The position numbers and the translations under genes are program-made. A DNA stretch of 64,000 nt, taken from contig OX597829.1 of the NCBI GenBank assembly GCA_951406725.2, forward strand, positions 53,134,001-53,198,000. Direction: 5' to 3'. The stretch's first letter is position 1, and the number at the start of each line of letters is the position of its first letter. Shown here in pieces: positions 12,562-25,313 of this stretch. The DNA is from Octopus vulgaris. Lineage: Eukaryota. The notes beneath the pieces were generated by a model. It worked only from the letters and a program-made list of their open reading frames with translations. It was not told where the DNA came from and did not search any database.

Positions 12562-12820
12562 CATACATTATTTACATTATTTACATTTGACGGATATTTG
12601 TCCTTATCTTGTTTGTTGTTAACACAATGTTTCGGCTGATATACCCTCCAGCCTTCATCAGATGTCTTGGGGAAACTTCAAACCTGGGTTCTCATTCCTA
12701 AGGTATTTTTTTATCCTATGCTCTTAACCACTATGCCATATGATGTAGAGGTTAAGAGCGGAGGCTACTAACCCCAAGATTCCAAGTTTGATTCCAGGCA
12801 GTGACCTGAATAATAATAAT
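12562..12820 (-). mobile_element. Short element with tRNA-like head, hammerhead motif and tandem tail; head present in inverted duplicate
   Basis: Minus strand: TATGGCATAGTGGTTAAGAGC (A-box) ... hammerhead ... (AATGTAAAT)2 tail. Plus strand 12739-12820: tRNA-like copy with A-box, GGCTACTAACCC arm and B-box-like GTTTGATTCC. Confidence 0.65.
12621..12666 (-). ncRNA. Minimal type I hammerhead ribozyme-like motif (probably decayed)
   Basis: GACAU CUGAUGA A GGCUG-gaggguauau-CAGCC GAAA C AUU GUGUU: canonical core, 5-bp stem II, 5-bp stem I with wobbles; stem III vestigial (ACAU, plausibly from ACGU by CpG decay). Confidence 0.65.
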
Positions 12821-13405
12821 CATCATCATCGTTTAGCGTCCGTTTTCCATGCTAGCATGGGTTGGACGGGTCAACTGGGGTCTGTGAAGCTGGAAGGCTT
12901 CGTCAGGCCCAGTCAGATCTGGCAGTGTTTCTACGGCTGGATGCCCTTCCTAACACCAACCACTCCGCGAGTGTAGTGGGTGTTTTTTACGTGCCACCTG
13001 CACAGGTGCCAGACAGAGCTGGCGAACGGCCACGAATGGATGGTGCTTTTACGTATCACCGGCACGGGGCCAGGCGATGCTGGCAACGGACACGAACGGA
13101 TGGTGCTTTTACGTGCCACCGACACGGGGCCAGACAGAGCTGGCAACAAACACGAACGGATGGTGCTTTTACGTGCCACCGACACGGGGCCAGGCAGAGC
13201 TGGCAAACGACCATGAGCGAATGGTGCTTTTACGTATCACCGGCACGGGTGCCAGACGAGGCTGACAGCGGACACGAACAGATGGGTCACTTAACCCCTG
13301 CTTTCTGATATATGATTTGATTTTGATTGTTCTCACTGGTCTTGCCGGGTCTTCTCACGCACAGCATACTTCCATAGGTCTCGGTCTCTGGTCATTTCTT
13401 TGGTT
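12821..13405 (-). mobile_element. RTE LINE 3' end: ORF C-terminus, 3' UTR with five about 61-bp units, (GAT)n tail
   Basis: Minus 13404-13330 translates TKEMTRDRDLWKYAVREKTRQDQ*, the RTE C-terminal DR..W motif, directly followed by the repeat-bearing UTR. Confidence 0.85.
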
Positions 13406-13421
13406 TCTAGCTGTAGAAACC

Positions 13422-13449
<28 letters not shown>

Positions 13450-13468
<19 letters not shown>

Positions 13469-13710
13469 CAATGTTTAACGTCCACTTTCCATGCTAGCAT
13501 GGGTTGGACGATTTGACTGAGGTCTGGCGAACCAGATGGCTTCACCAGACTCCAGTCTGATCTGGCAGAGTTTCTACAGCTGGATGCCCTTCCTAATGCC
13601 AACCACTCAAGGAGTGTAGTGGGTGCTTTTACATGCTAGAGGCACGAGGGCCAGTCAGGCGGTACTGGCAGTGGCCACGTTCAAATGGTGCTTTTTTATG
13701 TGCCACCTGC
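13450..13710 (-). mobile_element. RTE 3' UTR-family fragment
   Basis: Reverse complement of the CACTACACTC..GTGGTTGGC.TTAGGAAGGGCATCCAGC..CCATGCTAGCATGGAAAG tail. Confidence 0.75.
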
Positions 13711-13993
13711 ACTATCTTTCTCTCCCCATCTGAAGTATTTACGTTTCTCTCCAATGCAGGACACTGTTTCTGTCCTCCCACCCCTCCCAGTTGAGGGATC
13801 TTGTCTAGCAAGTTACTTGGTGACCTCACTGCTGCTGCTGCTGCAAGATAAAAAAATGGTCGCTATTTGGAAGGACAATCAGCTGTAGAAACCATGCTAA
13901 AGCACACACAAGAGCTTGGTGCAGTCTACGTACTTGTGAGATTCTGTCAAAGCATCTAACCCATGCCAGCACGAGAAATAGATTTTAAAATGG

Positions 13994-14026
<33 letters not shown>

Positions 14027-14850
14027 CAATGACGACAATGACAACAATAACAATGACAATGACAAAGATGACGATGATGATGATGATGATGATAACAATG
14101 ATGATGATGATGAATACAATGATGATGATGAGGAGGAGGAGAGGGGGGATAACAATGATGATGATGATGATGATGATCTTGATGATGATCATGATCGTGA
14201 TGATCATGCCGACCAAGATGTGATATGGTGATAATGAATATGACGGTGATGATGGTGGTGGTGGTGGTGGTGGTGGTGGTGGTGGTGGTGGTGGTGGTGG
14301 TGGTGAATACTATGATGATGATGATGATGATTATGATCATCCATATGGATCTTAGTGATTCAGAAGAAATTAGTTCAACTGCCACTGAAATAAGGAAGGA
14401 TTAGTCTATTTATACACCATTGAAGTCATGAAAGATTGGCTTAAATCACTCACCATGAAATTGTCGAGTTTTCATAGGTGAGTAATGATGAGAAATTTTA
14501 GGCTGCTCTTACCTGTTTTTAGGTAGAAATGCAAATACTGACTCCAAAAACATAAGTCATAATTTTTTTTTTTTTTTTTTTGTATTCTTATTCATAGAAA
14601 TACATATAATTTTGATGGAACAGAAATTCTTTGGCTACTCCTAAGGATTTCTTCAAATCAAGAATGGCTAAAATATATATTATATGGAATTTCTGACTGA
14701 ATAAGCTTCACAAAAAAATTTTAATTTTTCTGATAAAATTATTTTCTAAAACATGTTATGGAACATAGTTCTATTGCCATTTGTAAAATTAAAGACCAGA
14801 GGAAAATGAATCCATTTGTGCACGTGTGTGTTGAATATTATTATGTTGAT

Positions 14851-15062
14851 ACTCTTTTACTCTTTTACTTGTTTCAGTCATTTGACTGTGGCCATGCTGG
14901 AGCACCGCCTTTAGTCGAGCAAATCAACCCCAGGATTTATTCTTTGTAAGCCTAGTACTTATTCTATTGGTCTCTTATTTCTGAACTGCTAAGTTACTGG
15001 TACGTAAGCACACCAGCATCAGTTGTCAAGTGTTGGGGGGACAAACACAGACTCACAAACAT

Positions 15063-15123
<61 letters not shown>

Positions 15124-15322
15124 CTACATATATATATATATATTTATATACATACATATATACAACAGGTTTTTACGGTTTCCGTCTACCAAATCCACTC
15201 ACAAGTCTTTGGTCGGCCCGAGGCTATAGTAGAAGTCACTTGCCCAAGGTACTATGCAGTGAGACTGAACCCAGAACCATGTGGTTGATAAGCAAGCTAC
15301 TTACCACACGGCCACTCCTACG
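14851..15322 (-). mobile_element. tRNA-derived CORE-like SINE, full length, with internal (TA)/(CA) tract
   Basis: Head GGCGTAGGAGTGGCCGTGTGGTAAG...GGTTCAGTC, CCTTGGGCAAGT motif, tail GGTGCTCCAGCATGGCC.CAGTCAAATGACTGAAAC(AAGTAAAAG)n. Confidence 0.85.
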
Positions 15323-15524
15323 CCAAGGAAAATACTATCTGATTTTTCGAAAACATTTTTTCAAATTCGATTTTTAAGATGTTATTTTTGTAGTGTTTTA
15401 GATGAAATTTTACATATTTAATAAGTGATGTGTACTCTTTAGTAAATTTTTATTGATTTCTATCAAAATATAATTTTGAAGTGTAGTAATCCTTAATTTC
15501 AAACATTAAAAAAAAAAGAAATGT

Positions 15525-15948
15525 ACTCTTACTTTTTACTCTCTTACTTGTTTCAGTCATTTGACTGCGGCCATGCTGGAGCACCGCCTTTAGTCAAGCA
15601 AATCGACTTCGGGACTTATTCTTTGTAAGCCCAGTACTTATTCTATCAGTCTCTTTTGCCGAACCGCTAAGTGACAGGGATATAAACACACCAGCATCGG
15701 TTGTCAAGCAATGCTAGGGGGACAAACACACATACACAAACACACAAACATATACACACACACTTATATATATATATATATACATATATACGACAGGCTT
15801 CTTTCAGTTTCCGTCTACCAAATCCACTCACAAGGCATTGGTCGGCCCGGGGCTATAGCAGAGGACACTTGCCCAAGATGCCACACAGTGGGACTGAACC
15901 CGGAACCATGTGGTTGGTAGGCAAGCTACTTACCACACAGCCACTCCT
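15525..15948 (-). mobile_element. tRNA-derived CORE-like SINE
   Basis: Same family as 14851-15322. Confidence 0.85.
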
Positions 15949-16039
15949 TTACTATCTTTGCATGAAGTCAAGCTTGAACATAATGCTTCCCAAACAGCCA
16001 CCAATATCGGCAGAGCATGGGACGAAGGGTGATAGGACA

Positions 16040-16630
16040 GAACACGGTGGGGATGAGAGCCTTGAAAGCCAAGAAGGTGGAGGACATCCATCCACCCTTG
16101 ATGATCAGCATTTGAAAGCAATACAGTTTTCTGGAACCTACCCAAGGTACTACATTGGAAGTTAACAGTAAGCAACTGGGAGAAATGCATGTTCACCTGA
16201 GCAACATGAGATCTGCACTTGTCGATCAATGTGGTCCAATTCTGCTCCACAACAGTGCTTGACCACACATTTCCATGATGACACTGTAGAAGCTCACAGA
16301 CATGAGATACAAGACTTTACCACATCTCCCATATTCTCCTGATCTTTCATCCATCGACTACAACTTTTTCAAGCATCTAGACACTTTTTTTAAAGCAAAA
16401 AAAAAAAAAAACCTTCCATTCCAAAACCAAGATTGAAACTGAATTCACAAATTTCTTGGCATCAAAACCTTTGAATTTTTATCGAAGAGGCATGAACGAC
16501 TTTGTTAATTGATGGGGGAAATGCATGACTGATCAGGGATCATATTTTGAAGAATTAAACTTTTGTATAAGTTCAGTTTTCCAAGAAAATGGGCTTATTT
16601 TTAAAATCAGTCATTATTCAAAAGATTTTA
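16040..16630 (+). pseudogene. Mariner (DD34D) transposase relic with internal deletion
   Basis: GDESLESQEGGGHPSTLDDQHLKAI followed by GPILLHNSA*PH...LPHLPYSPDLSSIDYNFFKHLD...FYRRGMNDFVN*WGKCM...GSYFE. Confidence 0.85.
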
Positions 16631-16660
16631 CTTCTCATATCGAGAGCTCTGAGAAGTGAA

Positions 16661-16663
<3 letters not shown>

Positions 16664-16713
<50 letters not shown>

Positions 16714-16722
16714 GTAATAGTA

Positions 16723-16761
<39 letters not shown>

Positions 16762-16764
16762 GTA

Positions 16765-16795
<31 letters not shown>

Positions 16796-16905
16796 TAGTA
16801 GTAATAATAATAATAATAACAACAGCAACAACAACAGCAACAACAACAACAATAATAATAACAATAACAACAACAACAACAACAACAATAATAATAATAA
16901 TAATG
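16664..16905. repeat. (AAT)n/(AAC)n microsatellite
   Basis: Seen directly. Confidence 0.95.
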
Positions 16906-16986
16906 ATGATTTCATTTATTTGCCACAAGGGCAAAAGATGAGGGGAACAATACAAAGACAGGCATAAAGTTCTGAACAATTCAAAA

Positions 16987-17170
16987 GATGGTGAACTGGC
17001 AGAATCATTGGCATGTTGAGTGCTCTGAGTTCAAATTCTACTGAGGTCAATTTTGCCTTTCATCTTTCAGGGAGGATAAAATAAATACCTGTAGAACACT
17101 GAGGTCCATGTAATCAACTTAGCCCCTCCCCCAAAATTGCTGGCCTTGTGCCAAAATTTGAAACCAATAT
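16987..17170 (+). mobile_element. Deu/Nin-like SINE, older copy (others at about 19760-20490, 24560-24700, 32720-32850, 34765-34925, 35430-35570, 61410-61565)
   Basis: CTGAGTTCAAATTCTACTGAGGTCAATTTTGCCTTTCATC core. Confidence 0.75.
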
Positions 17171-18034
17171 TACATGTACAAGAATTAAAGATAAGAAAAC
17201 AATTACAAGGATTATCTCAGTTAAGTAAGCATTGAAATTATGAAGAATTGGCTTATTTTACTAACATTGGTTATAAAGGTTGGTTATTTAGCCAACTAAA
17301 TTTGAAGTCTGAGGTCTCAGTTAGATAACAAACTTTAGTCACAAAGATTTAGTTTAGAATGCTTGCCTTGATCTTGAAGGATTAACTTAGCCAGCTGACA
17401 TTGAAGTAATAAGGATTCCAATTAGATAACTGCTTCTTAGGAGAGGCTGGCCCTATCCGCAAAGCCCATAACCATAGAGCCCTTCTCCCACTTCAGTCTC
17501 GGATGGTCTTAAGTCAGGATGGCCATAGTTGGAATGTATGTAATCATAGGTCTTTTCAAAGTCAGGATGGTCACAGGTGGAATATATATATATATATATA
17601 ATCATAGGTCTTTTCAACTGGGGGTTGACTTAGAGCTAAACAACAATAACAATAACAGTAAGGGGTCCTTTTTTTACAGATATCAAAATACTAGGGGGTG
17701 GGGGCCTCACAGCAACCCCATTCGACCAACATAATGACACGAACGACGAGAGATGTATATAAAGAATACATGAGATCCATCATCTGACAAAACAGCTTGG
17801 TGACAGGCCACACCCATACAAGACTTACATAATGAAATGAAACACTCGAATTTTATGAAAGGCCAATGGACATTATTTGTATATTCAAAGAATGAGGACG
17901 ATGTATTTGTTTTGCTTTGTTTTTCGTTTTTTTTTTTTTTGTTTTTCTTAATACATTGTTCAGGTTCTTAAAAGACACACTGCATCCTGTACAGAATCCA
18001 ATTTCTCCACAACAAATCGTAATACACCACAAAT

Positions 18035-18189
18035 GACAATATATGTACATACTCACACACACATATATTTACAGACATATATACATGTGTGTGTGTGTGT
18101 GTATGTATGTGTATGTATGTATGTATGTATGTATGTATGTGTATGTATGTATGTATGTATGTATGTTTGTATAAGTACATTTATATATA

Positions 18190-18220
<31 letters not shown>

Positions 18221-18819
18221 GCATATATATATATATATATATGTATATATGTGTGTATACACACACACACATATATATATGTGTGTGTATGTATATGTGT
18301 ACACACACATATATATGTGTGTATGTATGCATATATATTTATACATACATATATATATGTGTGTATGTATGTATGTATGTGTGTGTGTATGTATGCATGT
18401 ATGTATGTATGACTATGTATGTATGTATGTATGTATGTATGTATGTATGCATGTATGTATGTATGTATGTATGTATGTATGTATTCATGCATGTATGTAT
18501 GCACGTAGGTATGTATGCATGTATGTATATGGGTGTGTGTGTATCTACAAAGAATACAAAACAGGGCCCTTCACACGGTGACAGGCTGCAAAAAAGGACC
18601 ACACCCATAGACTACTTACATAATGAAAGGTAAATGCTAGAATTGAAAGACCACACACACACACACACACACACAAAGCAAACAAACCCAAAGCATGACA
18701 TATTCAATCTCTGTGAAAACGTGCAGACATATCCACAATGCCAAACCACAAAAGCACCACCATGACATCATTCTAACGTTGCTAACCTTCCCATTTGGTC
18801 GAGACAGCTACAAAAGCAT

Positions 18820-18874
<55 letters not shown>

Positions 18875-18937
18875 AACACACCACACAAAGCACATAAGTA
18901 CACAAATGCACACACATGGTAAAGCCAGCACATATGT

Positions 18938-19005
<68 letters not shown>

Positions 19006-19380
19006 AACACACCACACAAAGCACATAAGTACACAAATGCACACACATGGTAAAGCCAGCTCATATGTAAAAAAGCACACACACACACACACACACACTC
19101 ACATGCACGCGCACATACACACACGAAGCACATAAGTACACAAAGGCACACACACATGGTAAAGATAGCTCGTATATACAAGAGCACACGCATACACAGA
19201 CACACACACACCCACACACAAACAAGCATACACTCACACAAAACACATACACATACAAAAGCACAGAATAGACATTCAAACACATATGCAAAAGCACACA
19301 CATATACATACACACACACATACAAATACGGAGACACACACATACACGCACACATCCAGGTACACAAAAGCTATGCATAC
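18035..19380. repeat. (TATG)n/(TA)n/(CA)n tracts, including a threefold tandem unit of about 120-130 bp at 18860-19165
   Basis: AAGCACATAAGTACACAAA.GCACACACATGGTAAAG recurs at about 18888, 19019 and 19126. Confidence 0.85.
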
Positions 19381-19506
19381 AAAAACACAACCATGACCAT
19401 ATAACACCTTTTTCTTTTGCATCATCCCCTTTTCATAGGGTTCCCTTTCAGGGAGAGAGGAGGAAGAGAGAGTAAGAATGTGCATTTAAGTGATTAATAG
19501 GATGGT

Positions 19507-19558
<52 letters not shown>

Positions 19559-20560
19559 GGCAGGAATATAGGGTGTGGCAGTCAATAATATTGGCTTGAT
19601 GCTAGTGTTCTCCAACAGGTGTGCCACTTCTCACCTGTCGTTGGAACTCCACAGTTACTTAGACAGTTGGGTTCCTTTGTGCTTTGTTAGTCCATTACAT
19701 ATTGATTTCAAATTTTGACACAATGCCAGAAATTTCAGGAGAGAGAGAGAGAGAGAGTAAGTCAATTATATCAACCCTTGCGCTGGACTGATACTTATTT
19801 TATTAATCCCTAAGAGATGAAAAGCTAAGTGGACCTCAGCAGGATTTGAACTCAAAATGTAAAGACCAATAGAATGCTGCTAAACATTTCACCCAGTGTG
19901 CTGATGATTCTGCCCGCATACTACCATCCAATCCATTAATCCATTACACTGGATTGGATCAGATTGCCTATGTTCAGTCCACTGCAGGATGAAGACCTCA
20001 GAATGTTCTCTCTGCCAGAGAATAGCTTGAGGTCGTTGTACAGGTTTGATGAGTCTACTCTGCCTCACTGGCTCAACATTGCTTGGCAGAGAGAGTGCAG
20101 TTTTTATACTCTAACCTAGGAGTAGTTCAGTTAATTACATCGACCCCAGTACGCAACTGGTACTTATATTTATCCACCCTGAAAGATGAAAGGCAAAGTT
20201 GATGTCGGCAGAGTTTGAACCCAGAATGTAAAGACAGACAAAATGCCGCTAACCATTTTACCCTAGATGCTAACAATTCTTCCAGATTATTGCCTTCTGA
20301 TCCGTTACATATTGGTGCTTGTTGAAACAGATTCTAGCACTTCACAGAATGATACATAAATTTCATCAACATCTGCCCTGAAAGGATGAAAATTCAAAGT
20401 TGATCACAGCAGGATTTGAACTTACAATGTGAAGAACCAGAACAAATACTTGAAGGTATTTTTGTATGATGTTCCAATGATTCAACTTACCAACACACAA
20501 CAACATCAACAACAACACAAACTGTTCCAGACAATCTGAAGAGATGTGTATCAGTAGATA

Positions 20561-20960
20561 TACTCTTTTACTCTTTTACTTGTTTCAGTCATTTGACTGC
20601 GGCCATGCTGGAGCACCGCCTTTAATCGAACAAATCGACCCCAAGACTTATTCTTTGGAAGCCCAGTACTTATTCTATCGGTCTCTTTTGCTGAACCGCT
20701 AAGTGACGGGGACGTAAACACACCGGCATCGCTTGTCAAGCAATGCTAGGGGGACAAACACAGACACACAAATACACACACGCATACATATACATATACG
20801 ACAGGCTTCTTTCAGTTTCCGTCTACCAAATCCACTCACAAGGCATTTGGTCGGCCCGGGGCTATAGCAGAAGACACTTGCCCAAGATGCCACGCAGTGG
20901 GACTGAACCCGGAACCATGTGGTTGGTAGGCAAGCTACTTACCACACAGCGACTCCTGCA
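20561..20960 (-). mobile_element. tRNA-derived CORE-like SINE
   Basis: Same family as 14851-15322. Confidence 0.85.
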
Positions 20961-21151
20961 CCTAGATATGAGAGCAAAAAATATAGCAGTGACTACGAAA
21001 TTCCAGGGTTTACCTCATTTCCTTGCATTGTGGCCACCAGAAAACACAAATACAAATAACTGAGAATAATGCCCTGACTTCCCTGCTTTCTAAGCTGCAC
21101 CCATTGAAAATAAATGTATATATATGAACATATATATACATTATATATACA

Positions 21152-21492
21152 CAGGAGTGGCTGTGTGGTAGGTAGCTTGTTTACCAACCACATGGTTCCG
21201 GGTTCACGACCAAAGCCTTGTGAGTGGATTTGGTAGACGGAAACTGAAAGAAGCCCGTCGTATATATGTATATATATATATGAATGTGTTTGTCCCCCTA
21301 GCATTGCTTGACAACCGATGCTGGTGTGTTTATGTCCCCGTCACTTAGCAGTTCGGCAAAAGAGACCGATAGAATAAGTACTGGGCTTACAAAAGAATAA
21401 GTCCCGGGGTCGAGTTGCTCTATTAAAGGCGGTGCTCCAGCATGGCCACAGTCAAATGACTGAAACAAGTAAAAGAAAGAAAAAGAAAAGAA
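21152..21492 (+). mobile_element. tRNA-derived CORE-like SINE with internal deletion
   Basis: The head is joined directly to GACCAAAGCCTTGTGAG, with the CORE-like segment missing. Confidence 0.8.
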
Positions 21493-21970
21493 TATAGCAT
21501 CATCATCAACATTGTCATCGTTGTCATCATCATCATTATCGATCTTGTGTCTACTTTCTCATGCTTGCATGAGTCAGACAGAATTTATAGAGGTAGATTT
21601 TTTCCCTACAGGAAAATGATGACCTTCCTGTTGCCAGTCCTAAACTGTTTTCAAGCAATAGTTTCCTGTGACCATGCATGTCATGCTTACATGACAGTGA
21701 CACTCGTTTACAACTGTTATGTGATGTCATGCCAAGGAGACCCTAGCACACTCACTCATACACACACACACACACACACACACATATCTCAGGCACTTTT
21801 CAGTTTCCATCAACCAAATCCACTCACAAGGCTTCAGCCAGCCTAGGGCTATAGTAAAAAAAAACAGTTGCTCAAGGTGCTATGCAGTGGGAGTGAACCC
21901 AGAAATCAGAATCATGTCGCTGGAAAGCAAATGACTTACCACACAGCCATGCCAGTGTGTGTGTATAAAT

Positions 21971-22001
<31 letters not shown>

Positions 22002-22199
22002 TTTGATACATTGATTGAGTTCTCTGTTCACTTAATGCTTGTTGTTTTTATTAATTTAAAAACCAATTATTTTGAATGCACACATGCACACACACATGCA
22101 CACACACACACTCTTGTATGTATATCAGGTAAAACTTTTTTTAAAACTGGAACATTGCAATATTAAATGCAAAGGTGAACAACAACAGTGAAGATAGAA

Positions 22200-22910
22200 C
22201 AACAGTTGAAATTTTTCCTTGCATTTCAATATTTAAAGCTTAGGACCTTTTCATTAGGACATATGGAGAAATAGGAGATAAAGTAAAGCTATCATCATTG
22301 CTCAGATATGTGGAAGACAGTAGTGACACAGGCAAACTGATGTCTGCTTCATGTAGCTTTTATCTAGTGTTTAATACTGGTTTCATTTTAGTAATTAGGA
22401 TAGTCTTCTTGATTTGAAGGTTTCCTGTGTTATAGTCCATGCCCTGATGAATGCAGTAAAGTCCTGGGTCCAGCACATCTGCAGGTGTTTATGGACTGAA
22501 TTGTTTGTGCAAACATGTTCTTTGATAAAATGTTCATTTTTCTGGTGGTGCTCCCAATGTAGGATATACTACACTATTTGAAGACAACTTTATATAGCAC
22601 AAAGGCCCTTGAGCACATCTTTAACTTATTAGTGGGGCAATTGGAAAGGAAGCCTTCTACAATGTTGTTTGTGGAATGTTTTCTGGAGGGAAATTTCCTC
22701 AATGATGGACCAGAGTGCACCATCTGTGTGTTTAACCCCCAACTGCAAGGTGCGTGCTGGAATTGCAACAGTGGTTCTATCGTTGAAGTAGGGTAGTTTT
22801 AAGAAGCATGTGTCAGTCTTGGAAGGAGGTATGAGCCTCTTTATGATGTTTATTAACTTTAGCTTTATGAATGCATTTATAGTCCATTTTGGAAAAATAC
22901 AATGCATGCA
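22200..22910 (-). mobile_element. Penelope-like element relic (GIY-YIG endonuclease end)
   Basis: Broken frames: FLKLPYF ... CSRAFVLYKVVFK*CSISYIGSTTRK ... EHVCTNNSVHKHLQMC ... LQIKKTILITKMKPVLNTR. A very degenerate CTAATGA...GAAA lies downstream at about 22220-22260. Confidence 0.7.
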
Positions 22911-22925
22911 CCCATCTTTATTTAA

Positions 22926-23135
22926 CCCTTTAGTGTTCAGATTATTCTATTAAACAAAATACCTACTGATTCCTATTGATTTGAATTAATCATGCATTAT
23001 CTCATATCTTCAAAGATCTTGATGGTGTAATTACTTGATGTAGAATAACATTGTAGGGTAGGTGTGAGAGCCTGGATCTGGTCAGTTTGAACATAAAACA
23101 GATTAGCTATTTTGGCCGGTTTAAATACTAAAGGG
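22926..23135. mobile_element. piggyBac-type MITE
   Basis: TTAA|CCCTTTAGT...ACTAAAGGG|TTAA: CCC/GGG termini and TTAA target duplication; second copy at 31172-31367. Confidence 0.85.
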
Positions 23136-23396
23136 TTAAAAACTGTTTTGATATTTCTTTTACTTGTTTCCATCATGGTACTGCAACCATGATAGGGTGC
23201 AGGCTTGAAGGGTTTAATCAAACAAATTGACCCTTATACATATTTTAAAGCCAGGTACATATTTTATTGGTCTCTTTTTGCTGAACTGCTAAATTACAGG
23301 GATATAAACAAACTAACACCGGTTGTCAAAAGGCAAACAAAAATATAAAGATACACACACATATACATACATGCATGCATACATACACAAATACAC

Positions 23397-23800
23397 ATAA
23401 AAAGCACCATTCGAGCATGATTGTTACGAGCATCACCTTACTGACACTTGTGCCGGTGGCATGTGAAAAAAACATTCGCACGAGGTCGTTGCTAGTGCCG
23501 CTGGACTGACTCCTGTGCAGGTGGCATGTAAAAAACACCATTTGAGCATGGCCATTGCCAGTACCGCCTGACAGGCCTTCGTGCTGGTGGCACGTAAAAG
23601 CAGCCACTACACTCTTGGAGTGGTTGGCGTTAGGAAGGGCATCCAGCTGTAGAAACTCTGCCAGATCAAGATTGGGAACCTGGTGCAAACATCTGGTTCA
23701 CCAGTCCTCAGTTAAATCGTCAAACCCATGCTAACACGGAAAGCGGACGTTAGATGATGATGATGATGATGATGATGATGAAATGATGATGATGATGATG
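23397..23800 (+). mobile_element. RTE 3' UTR-family fragment nested in a split CORE-like SINE (tail 23150-23330, head 24175-24325)
   Basis: Diverged 61-bp units plus (GAT)n tail; SINE halves on either side. Confidence 0.75.
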
Positions 23801-23807
23801 ATATACA

Positions 23808-24175
23808 TATATATATATAAAATATAAATTAGAGATAAAACCACTATTATGCAACTCAAACAGTGATAGACATAAACCAATACATAAATAACAAATAAAA
23901 TATAATTTTATAAAACATATAACTAGATCTCAAAAAGTATTAAAATGAATGATCAATATATAATATTGATATTATATATCATATAATATTGATATTATAA
24001 TTGATATAATATTGATATTATATATTGATCATTCATTTTTATATACTTTTTGAGATCTAGTTATATGTTTTATAAAATTATATTTTATTTGTTATTTATG
24101 TATTGGTTTATGTCTATCACTGTTTGAGTTGCATAATAGGGGTTTTATCTCTAATTCATATTTTATATATATATA
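23808..24175. repeat. Long AT-rich palindrome (about 160-bp arms)
   Basis: AATTAGAGATAAAACCACTATTATGCAACTCAAACAGTGATAGAC... is mirrored by ...GTCTATCACTGTTTGAGTTGCATAATAGGGGTTTTATCTCTAATT. Confidence 0.92.
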
Positions 24176-24889
24176 CAGCAGTCTTCTTTCAGTTTCTTTC
24201 AACCAAATCAATTCACAATCCTTTGTTCAACCCAGGGTTATAGCGGAAGACACATGTACATGCTTTAAGACTGAACCCAGAGCATTGTATTTGGAAAGCA
24301 AACTTCTTATCACATGGCCATGCCAGCACACTTTTTTTTTCTTTATATATTATTAAACTTGTTAGCAAAAAGGGGAAAAAAGGCTGATGGTATACTCTGA
24401 TACATTTAGTACATTCATTTAATATGTCAAGGACTGTGAAGGAAAGTTGAGAATCACTGGTCCAGTGATATATATATTACACATTTCTTCAATTACCACA
24501 AGGTCACTAATTGTACAGGGCAGAGAAAATGTCAATGGAATCCACCCTAGTACATCGCTGGTACATATTTAAAAACTCTGAAGAGATGACAGAAAAGAAA
24601 AATGTCATCATCAGCGAACTTTGAACTTTGAACTTAACAGGGTGCTGCTAGATATGTTGCAAGGTATTTTTCTGGCATTTCTACCATTTCCGCTACCTCA
24701 CACCATTTGAAAGTAACATAACAAGACATAATGTTAGCATCAAAAATTACTTTATTTCATTGAAAGAGAACATTAACCAATGAGGGATCTTCCAATATGG
24801 TCACTTGACCTGCTGGAAGAAGTAAAAGAACTCATCCCAACTCACATCTTACCATCTTGAAAAAAAATAAAAATTGAAGGACATGTCTT

Positions 24890-25312
24890 TTATGCTTTAT
24901 TTGCTTCAGTCATTGGACTGTAGCCATGCTGGAGCATCACCTTGAAGGGTTTAGTGAAAACAAATTGACCCCAATTCTATCAGTCTCTTTTGCTGAACTG
25001 CTAAATTACAAGGACATAAACAAAACAACACTGGTTGTCAAGCAATTGGGGAGTGTGGAAAAAAACATAAACATAAACACACACACACACACAGATATAT
25101 TCACATATATACATACATATGTGTGTATGTGTATGTGCATGCATGTGTGTGTGTATGTGTGTACAACAGGCTTCTTTCTGTTTCTGCCTACAAAGTCCAT
25201 ACTCAAGGCTTTGGTTGGACCAGAGCTTTAGTAGAAGACACTTGCGCATGGTGCCATGCAGTGTGACTGAACCCAGAACCATGTGGCTGGGAGGCAAAAT
25301 TCATAGCACACA
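24890..25312 (-). mobile_element. Older CORE-like SINE copy
   Basis: Diverged match to the same family. Confidence 0.7.
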
Positions 25313-25313
25313 G

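Noticed and set aside
12739-12805. Possible tRNA gene (also the SINE heads at 33689, 53190-53260, 59588)
   Set aside because: No proper acceptor stem, degenerate boxes, and continuation into repeat bodies; these are SINE heads rather than tRNAs.
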